Of a stretch of DNA of 36,562 bases, positions 8,543 to 14,458 are shown one piece after another (within the stretch, counting starts at the first letter, position 1; every line of letters begins with the position of its first letter). The notes beneath the pieces were generated by a model. That model was not told the DNA's origin. It searched no databases and saw nothing but the letters and a program-made list of their open reading frames with translations. The stretch spans positions 1 through 36,562 of the forward strand of contig CAJOMM010000003.1 in the NCBI GenBank assembly GCA_905235765.1. The letters are read 5' to 3'. The translations under genes and the position numbers were made by a program. This DNA is from an uncultured Clostridia bacterium. Its GTDB lineage: Bacteria; Bacillota; Clostridia; Christensenellales; Borkfalkiaceae.

Positions 8543-9439
8543 ATGAATTTTACAACCCCAACGACTAAAGCGGAAATGCTTGAAACGCTTAAAGATATTT
8601 TTTATTATTACAGAATAAAAAGAGAAAGTTTCGAACAACTCGAGTTGAGCGAACTGTCTCTTAGCGACCTGAGTTACGTTTCGCCTACGGCTTTGCAGAC
8701 GAGAAATAAGGCTGTAACTTTGCTCGCTCCGGCGCAAAAGACGAGAGTTCTGAAATACAAGGAAGGTTTAACGACGGAAAAATCCGAACTTACGGAGAAA
8801 CTGTCGTCCGTTTCCGCGGAAACGCAGGTGCTTTTGGAAAAGATACGCGTAAGTTACGAAGAGAGCCTTAATACGGTTCAACAGGAAGCGGTTAAAAAAG
8901 GAGTGGCGCATAGCAGTATAGTTCTCGATAAAATAGCCGCGATTACGGGAGAAAAGAACCAAAAGATACTTGACGTAAACACGGAAAGTCAGCAAAAAAT
9001 TTCCGATATAAATGCGAAGATAGCGGCGATAGACGATCTTTTAGATGACGCAGACACCTATTATAGCGAGATAGAAGAGGCTGAGATACAGGCTAAAATC
9101 GTCGAGCTCAACGAAAAGGAAGAAGAAAAAAGAATAGAGGTATTCAAATACAACAACGGGCTTCACGAAAAGGAAGTAAAATATCTTAACAGTATAACAG
9201 TGAAAACGGCAAGTTTGCAACTGCAATATATGGATATAGTTTCCGATTTTTATACCAAAGACGAATTGGTGGAAATGGGTTATTACACGGACGCTATTAG
9301 CTGCGTAGTCTCTTACTACAACACGTTATCGGCGTATGCGGCTTACACGGATATAGTTGCGGACAGAACATTACCTATCTATCTCGACGATTATTATTCC
9401 AACGTAGTATATATGTACAGAACGAAAGCCGGACAATAA
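8543..9439 (+). CDS. hypothetical coiled-coil protein with a Tyr-rich C-terminal domain (needle/plug or decoration candidate)
   Basis: 298 aa, starting 1 nt after the previous stop. The central ~140 aa are E/K/Q/L/I-rich and heptad-like (..LTEKLSSVSAETQVLLEKIRVSYEESLNTVQQEAVKK..ISDINAKIAAIDDLLDD..). The C-terminus is YYTDAISCVVSYYNTLSAYAAYTD..YLDDYYSNVVYMYR. Confidence 0.4.
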   Translation: MNFTTPTTKAEMLETLKDIFYYYRIKRESFEQLELSELSLSDLSYVSPTALQTRNKAVTLLAPAQKTRVLKYKEGLTTEKSELTEKLSSVSAETQVLLEKIRVSYEESLNTVQQEAVKKGVAHSSIVLDKIAAITGEKNQKILDVNTESQQKISDINAKIAAIDDLLDDADTYYSEIEEAEIQAKIVELNEKEEEKRIEVFKYNNGLHEKEVKYLNSITVKTASLQLQYMDIVSDFYTKDELVEMGYYTDAISCVVSYYNTLSAYAAYTDIVADRTLPIYLDDYYSNVVYMYRTKAGQ

Positions 9440-9480
9440 AATTCGGGCGAAGACATTAACTGTCTTCGCCCGAATTTTGG
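9438..9480 (+). terminator. strong intrinsic terminator closing the phage-like operon
   Basis: 15-17 bp stem attcgggcgaagaca (9441-9455) / tgtcttcgcccgaat (9461-9475) with loop ttaac, running into tttt (9475-9478). Confidence 0.8.
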
Positions 9481-9490
9481 TTTATCCGCC

Positions 9491-9519
9491 TTTACAAAGC
9501 GCGTAAATTGTGTTAAAAT
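9491..9519 (+). promoter_or_regulatory. putative promoter of ispG
   Basis: TTTACA (9491-9496), 17-nt spacer, extended -10 TGtTAAAAT (9511-9519). Confidence 0.45.
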
Positions 9520-9535
9520 AATCTTACGGTGCGTT

Positions 9536-10573
9536 ATGAGTAAAAAAGTTAAGATAGGAAATTTGATTATAGGCGGAGGAGAACCGATAGCCGTACAAAG
9601 TATGGCGACTTTTAAGACGGAGTCTCCGGAAGCCGTAAAACAGGCGATAGCGCTTAAAAACGCAGGCTGCGATATTCTTAGGTTTTCGGTATTGGACGAA
9701 AACGACGCGGCGGCTTTTAAGAATATAAAAAAAGCCGTGGATATTCCGATCTGCGCGGATATTCATTTCGATTACAGGCTTGCGCTTCTGTCGATAAAGG
9801 CCGGCGCGGACAAAATTCGCATAAACCCCGGAAACGTCGGTCAGGAAGCGAACGTTCGGGCGATAGCGGATGCGGTAAAGTCCGCGGCAATTCCCGTAAG
9901 GGTCGGCTCCAACACCGGAAGTATAGATAAACAATTTCTCGAAAAATACGGTAAAAACGAAGTCTCCCTTGCGGAAAGCGCCTTAAAACAGGTGGCGCTT
10001 TTTGAAAAATTCGGCGTAAACGATATAGTTATATCGGTTAAAGCGTCGTCTCCGTCTCTCACGGTAAAAGCTTACGAATATATAGCGGCAAAAACCGATT
10101 ATCCGTTGCATATCGGGGTAACGGAAGCCGGTACCGAATATAACGGAATTATTAAAAACGCCGTGGCGATGGGCGCGCTTTTATTCAAGGGGATAGGCGA
10201 CACGTTAAGGGTAAGCCTTTCCGCCGATCCGCTTAAAGAGATAAAGGCGGCAAAATCCATATTATCCGCGACCGGGCTGAGAAACTACGGCGCGGAAGTC
10301 GTAGCTTGCCCGACGTGTGGGCGTTGCGAGTGGGATTGTATGAGCTTTGCCGAGAAAACGGAAAAATTCTTAGAGGGAGTAAATAAACCGTTAAAGGTGG
10401 CGGTTATGGGATGCGTGGTCAACGGGCCCGGAGAAGCCAAAGACGCAGATATAGGCATTGCCGGCGGAAGGGATGGATGCGTGATATTCTTAAAAGGGAA
10501 ATTACTCAAAAAAATAGATAAAAAGGACGCGGAAAAGGAGTTTTTTGCGGAATTACGAAAATGTATAAATTAA
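9536..10573 (+). CDS. ispG: 4-hydroxy-3-methylbut-2-en-1-yl diphosphate synthase (IspG/GcpE)
   Basis: 345 aa. IGNLIIGGGEPIAVQSM at the N-terminus, RINPGN, and the Fe-S cysteine cluster VACPTCGRC ... GCVVNGPGEA. Confidence 0.95.
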   Translation: MSKKVKIGNLIIGGGEPIAVQSMATFKTESPEAVKQAIALKNAGCDILRFSVLDENDAAAFKNIKKAVDIPICADIHFDYRLALLSIKAGADKIRINPGNVGQEANVRAIADAVKSAAIPVRVGSNTGSIDKQFLEKYGKNEVSLAESALKQVALFEKFGVNDIVISVKASSPSLTVKAYEYIAAKTDYPLHIGVTEAGTEYNGIIKNAVAMGALLFKGIGDTLRVSLSADPLKEIKAAKSILSATGLRNYGAEVVACPTCGRCEWDCMSFAEKTEKFLEGVNKPLKVAVMGCVVNGPGEAKDADIGIAGGRDGCVIFLKGKLLKKIDKKDAEKEFFAELRKCIN

Positions 10574-12093
10574 AGAGCAGCGCGGAGTTTCTTTCGGAAA
10601 TTAAAAATCTCTCGGAAACGCTTAAAGATATTAAAATCAGTTCTATAGAGGTCGACAGGGAAAAAAATTCCGTAGTATATAATTTTATTTGCGAAAAATA
10701 CGTTCCGGAGGATCTCCGCCAAAAGATAGCGGAGGTGGTTTCGGAAAATACGGCGCCGATTTTTTCCGAGGTTTCGGTCAACGTAAAAAAGATAGTTGCG
10801 GACGAGAAACTTATCGACGTGGAAATTTACAAATTCTTAAAGGAAAATTATCCGTCGATCGCCATTTTTTTGACCGAAAAAGACGTGTCGTGCGAATCCA
10901 AAGACGGGTTGGTAAAATATACGCTCAGATTATCTTCCGACGGAGCGGAATACGTCCGCAAAAACGGCGCGATGAAAAACCTGAACGAATATCTTTCCAA
11001 AAAATTCTGCGCGGAATTCGTCGGGGCGACCGACTTGAAGCCGGAAATTCTGTCGGTTAACCTTCTTTCGGACGACGTTTATCAAAGCCAGCTTAGGCGG
11101 ATAGAATACCGTACCATAAAAGTTTCGGGCGTGATGCCGATAGACGATGAGAATATGGGCGACGTCGCTATTTATATAGAGGATATAGAGGACGGAGAAA
11201 TAACCGTTTCGGGCACCATAACCGATATAGAAGAGCGCGAGACGAAGAACGGCAAACCTTTCTTTATCATAAGGATAGACGATACGACCGGCAGAACGGG
11301 CGGCGTGTATTTTTCCAAGAAGGCGACCTATCCTAAAATAAAAGAATTAAAGGTCGGGGACGATATTATAGCGCGTGGAAATTACGGAGATTATAACGGT
11401 AGAAAATCTCTTACGATAGATAAGATAAACCGCTGTGTTTTTCCTAAAGATTTCGTCAAAAAAACAAAGTATAAAAATCCCGTTCCCGCGGAATACCGTA
11501 TGGTATTTCCCGAAAAAGCGGAAAATATAAGCGTTAAAAGCGTGTTCGACGTCGAGGAAAAACTGCCGGAAGAATTAGTGAGTAAGGTTTACGTCGTTTT
11601 CGACCTTGAAACCACCGGAATAGAGCGCTCCGAAAACGGAATAACGGAAATAGGCGCGGTAAAGATCGTAAACGGAGAAATTGCCGAACAGTTTAACGTT
11701 CTCGTTAAACCCGAATATCCTATTTCCGAAGAGAACGCAAATCTTACCGGAATTACTCCCGAAATGGTTGCCGACTGTCCCAAGATAGAAGACGTTTTAC
11801 CGGATTTTATCAAGTTTACGGACGGCGCTATTCTCGTAGCGCACAACGCTTCTTTCGATATGGGGTACATAAAGAAATATGCGGCTGAGTCCGATTACGA
11901 GATAAAAAACGCCGTTATAGACACCTTGGACCTTTCGAGAAGGTATCTTCCGGAACTCAACAAACACGATCTCGGCACGGTTGCGGAAAGATTTAAAATA
12001 GTATTCCGTCACCACAGGGCGCTGTCCGACGCGTACGCTACGGCGGAAGCGTTTATAGAACTTATGAAAATAAAGTGGAAAAACGGCGAGTAG
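10561..12093 (+). CDS. PolC-related protein with N-terminal domain, OB fold and DnaQ-type 3'-5' exonuclease only (no PHP or polymerase domains)
   Basis: Exo I VVFDLETTGI, Exo II ILVAHNASFDMGYI, Exo III HHRALSDAYATAEAF. The OB segment EITVSGTITDIEERETKNGKPFFIIRIDDTTGRTGGVYFSKK..VGDDIIARGNYG resembles the PolC OB domain. 510 aa. Sits in the syntenic polC slot between ispG and rimP. Confidence 0.8.
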   Translation: MYKLKSSAEFLSEIKNLSETLKDIKISSIEVDREKNSVVYNFICEKYVPEDLRQKIAEVVSENTAPIFSEVSVNVKKIVADEKLIDVEIYKFLKENYPSIAIFLTEKDVSCESKDGLVKYTLRLSSDGAEYVRKNGAMKNLNEYLSKKFCAEFVGATDLKPEILSVNLLSDDVYQSQLRRIEYRTIKVSGVMPIDDENMGDVAIYIEDIEDGEITVSGTITDIEERETKNGKPFFIIRIDDTTGRTGGVYFSKKATYPKIKELKVGDDIIARGNYGDYNGRKSLTIDKINRCVFPKDFVKKTKYKNPVPAEYRMVFPEKAENISVKSVFDVEEKLPEELVSKVYVVFDLETTGIERSENGITEIGAVKIVNGEIAEQFNVLVKPEYPISEENANLTGITPEMVADCPKIEDVLPDFIKFTDGAILVAHNASFDMGYIKKYAAESDYEIKNAVIDTLDLSRRYLPELNKHDLGTVAERFKIVFRHHRALSDAYATAEAFIELMKIKWKNGE

Positions 12094-12113
12094 GAAATAA
12101 AAATCACTTAGAT

Positions 12114-12146
12114 GGGCGGGAAAAGTCCTGCCCGACGGTTTTTTTG
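12114..12146 (+). terminator. intrinsic terminator after the PolC-related gene
   Basis: gggcggg (12114-12120) pairs with cctgccc (12127-12133) with one G-U pair, followed by gacggttttttt. Confidence 0.6.
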
Positions 12147-12176
12147 AGATTAAAAACTAAAATTTCGTTAAAACGC

Positions 12177-12205
12177 TTGCAAAAAAGCGGCAAATATGTT
12201 ATATT
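12177..12205 (+). promoter_or_regulatory. putative promoter of the rimP-nusA-infB operon
   Basis: TTGCAA (12177-12182), 17-nt spacer, extended -10 TGtTATATT (12197-12205). Confidence 0.5.
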
Positions 12206-12232
12206 TATTTAGGCTTAAGTACTTTTACTTGT

Positions 12233-12264
12233 ATGAGAACGGTTTTCCGTTCTCATATCTTTTT
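12233..12264 (+). promoter_or_regulatory. leader terminator/attenuator hairpin upstream of rimP
   Basis: atgagaacgg (12233-12242), loop tttt, ccgttctcat (12247-12256), followed by atcttttt. Lies between the promoter and the rimP SD GAGGGGG (12267-12273). Confidence 0.6.
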
Positions 12265-12277
12265 GTGAGGGGGAATC

Positions 12278-12742
12278 ATGAAGGTTTTATCCAACGAAGA
12301 AATAAGGGCTTTTTGCGAAAAATACGCGGCGCCGCTCGGTATTGCGGTTAAAGAAGTGGAATTCAAAAAAGGCAAAAATCCTTCGCTTACCGTTTTCATC
12401 GACAAAGAAGGCGGCGTAAGCCTGGACGATTGCGAGGCGCTGCACAACGCAATTTACGACCCGATAGACGAACTCGACCCCACTTTCGGAGAACCGTATA
12501 CGCTTAACGTATCCAGTCTCGGTGCGGACAGACCGTTCAAGACGGAAAACGATTTTCTTTCGCATATAGATAAAATGGTGGAAGTCAGATTGAAAAACGC
12601 CGTCAAGGGCAAAAAATATCTGGAAGGGGTGCTTATAAAATACGACGGAAAGGAGATCGTCGTTAAAACGGATGAGAAAACCACTCTTTCCCTTGACCTT
12701 AAAACCGTTCAGAAAGTGAGCGAGTATATAGATTTTAATTGA
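12278..12742 (+). CDS. rimP: ribosome maturation factor RimP
   Basis: 154 aa, directly upstream of nusA. Typical RimP features: ..LGIAVKEVEFKK..LTVFIDKEGGVSLDDCEALHNAI..LDP and LNVSSLGADRP. Confidence 0.9.
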   Translation: MKVLSNEEIRAFCEKYAAPLGIAVKEVEFKKGKNPSLTVFIDKEGGVSLDDCEALHNAIYDPIDELDPTFGEPYTLNVSSLGADRPFKTENDFLSHIDKMVEVRLKNAVKGKKYLEGVLIKYDGKEIVVKTDEKTTLSLDLKTVQKVSEYIDFN

Positions 12743-12779
12743 AAAAACGCAGGATTTACTGTTAATTAGGAGAATAAAG

Positions 12780-13880
12780 ATGACAAATCAGGATTTTTTT
12801 GCAGCGCTTGAAGATTTAGAGCGCGAACGCGGTATCTCGCAGGAAGAATTTATCAGCGCGCTTGAAAACGCAATGAGTATCGCCTATAAAAAGGCGTCCG
12901 ACACCCCGGGAGAAGTTGTTATTAAACTCAATCCGGAAAAGAAAAGTATTACCATAACTTCCGTGCGGCGTGTGGTCGACGAGGTGGAGGATCCCGAAAA
13001 GGAAATTTCCGTGGAAGAAGCCAAGGAAATCAAAAAATCCGTAAAATCAGGCGACGTTATTACCGAAGAGATAAAGTCCAAGGACTTCGGAAGGATTGCC
13101 GCGCAGACTGTGAAGCAGGTAATAACTCAAAAGCTTCGCGAGATAGAGCGCAACAATACCGTAAACGAATTCGAGGATAAAGAGGGCGAACTTATGGCGG
13201 CGACTATCCGTCGAATAGAGAACGGCACCGTGTACGTTGAAATAGGCGGCAGTCAGATAGAAGGCGTGCTGCTTCCGAAAGATCAGGTTATCGGCGAAAA
13301 ATACGAGTTAAATCAGACTCTTAACGTTTACGTGAAAAAAGTAAAGAATACCGGTAAAGCCGCGCAAATTATGGTTTCGCGCACGTCTACGGGGTTGGTA
13401 AGGCGTCTTTTTGAAAACGAAGTGCCTGAAATCAAACAGGGCGTCGTAGTGATTAAAAACATCGCGAGAGATCCCGGTCAGCGCACGAAAATCGCTATTT
13501 ACAGCGAAGATCCGGCTGTAGACGCGGTCGGCGCGTGCGTCGGAAATAAAGGCGCAAGGGTAAACGCTATCGTCGCGCAACTCGGCGGTGAAAAAATAGA
13601 TATTATTCCTTGGAGCGAGAATCCGCTCGAATATATTTCGCAAGCGCTTTCTCCGGCGAGAGTCATTAAAGTCGTAGAGACGGGAGAAGAAAGCGCGATG
13701 GCGGTCGTTCCCGACGACAAGCTTTCGCTCGCTATAGGCAGAAAAGGACAAAACGCCAAACTCGCCGTTAAGCTTACCGGGTGGAAGATAGACGTAAAGT
13801 CCGAATCGGCGGCTTTAAGCGAATTGGGCGAAGCGGAAGTAACGGAAGAACCGCAAGAAAACTTAACGGAAGAAAACTGA
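12780..13880 (+). CDS. nusA: transcription termination/antitermination factor NusA
   Basis: 366 aa. N-terminal domain, an S1 domain (GTVYVEIGGSQIEGVLLPKDQ) and two KH domains (GACVGNKGARVNAI, AIGRKGQNAKLAVKLTGWKIDV). Confidence 0.95.
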   Translation: MTNQDFFAALEDLERERGISQEEFISALENAMSIAYKKASDTPGEVVIKLNPEKKSITITSVRRVVDEVEDPEKEISVEEAKEIKKSVKSGDVITEEIKSKDFGRIAAQTVKQVITQKLREIERNNTVNEFEDKEGELMAATIRRIENGTVYVEIGGSQIEGVLLPKDQVIGEKYELNQTLNVYVKKVKNTGKAAQIMVSRTSTGLVRRLFENEVPEIKQGVVVIKNIARDPGQRTKIAIYSEDPAVDAVGACVGNKGARVNAIVAQLGGEKIDIIPWSENPLEYISQALSPARVIKVVETGEESAMAVVPDDKLSLAIGRKGQNAKLAVKLTGWKIDVKSESAALSELGEAEVTEEPQENLTEEN

Positions 13881-13883
13881 TAT

Positions 13884-14150
13884 ATGGAAAAGAAAGTGCC
13901 AATGCGCACCTGTATCGCTTGCAAAAAAGTCGGACCTAAAAAGGATTTTTTGCGCGTGGTAAAAGGCGATGACGGTATTTCTCTCGATAAAACAGGCAGA
14001 AAAAACGGCAGGGGCGCATACGTTTGCAACGATGAAAATTGCATTAAAAAACTTAAAAAAGGCAAGCTTTTGTCGCGCGCGTTTTCCTGTGCGGTTGACG
14101 ACGAGGTCTACGACAAAATAACGGAGGAATTCTTTGGAAAACAAGTCTAA
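13884..14150 (+). CDS. ylxR: YlxR/RnpM family (DUF448) RNA-binding protein
   Basis: 88 aa with PMRTCIACKK...GRGAYVC. Conserved position between nusA and infB. Confidence 0.9.
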   Translation: MEKKVPMRTCIACKKVGPKKDFLRVVKGDDGISLDKTGRKNGRGAYVCNDENCIKKLKKGKLLSRAFSCAVDDEVYDKITEEFFGKQV

Positions 14151-14448
14151 AGCGGAGACCTTTATAGGCTTTGCGGTGAGAGCGGGGAAAATGAGAACGG
14201 GGCTTAACACCCTTTCCACGTTGAAACGCGCCTACCTTATTATCGTTTGCCACACGGCGGCTGAGGCGACGATCGAATCCGCAGTCAAATACGCGGAAAA
14301 ATATAAATGCGCCGCTTTTAAAACGAGCGTTAAGCCGCTCGAAGATTATATTTATAAACAAGGCGTAAAGATAGCGGCGGTTACCGACCGAGGATTGGCG
14401 AAAGCCATATCGGAAAATTCGGGTACGGAATTCACGGCAATATACTAG
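14134..14448 (+). CDS. ylxQ: L7Ae/L30e family RNA-binding protein (YlxQ-like)
   Basis: 104 aa with a TTG start 7 nt after GGAGGA. FIGFAVRAGKMRTGLNTL motif. Conserved slot upstream of infB. Confidence 0.8.
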   Translation: MENKSKAETFIGFAVRAGKMRTGLNTLSTLKRAYLIIVCHTAAEATIESAVKYAEKYKCAAFKTSVKPLEDYIYKQGVKIAAVTDRGLAKAISENSGTEFTAIY

Positions 14449-14458
14449 GAGAGTATTT

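Noticed and set aside
1344-9535. att-like direct repeats at the borders of the phage-like cassette
   Set aside because: I compared 1344-1487 with 9440-9535 by eye. Only trivial shared strings such as aaattcg and cgaag were seen, with no direct repeat of 12 nt or more. No integration borders can be claimed. A computed repeat search would be needed to be sure.
10689-11060. 123-aa Arg/Gly-rich plus-strand ORF in an alternative frame
   Set aside because: It lies entirely inside the PolC-related gene in another frame. Its composition is typical of off-frame translation of a Lys/Glu-rich gene.
13499-14065. 188-aa minus-strand ORF over the nusA 3' end and ylxR
   Set aside because: It is antisense to two well-supported conserved genes, with no start context and a low-complexity Ser/Phe-rich translation.
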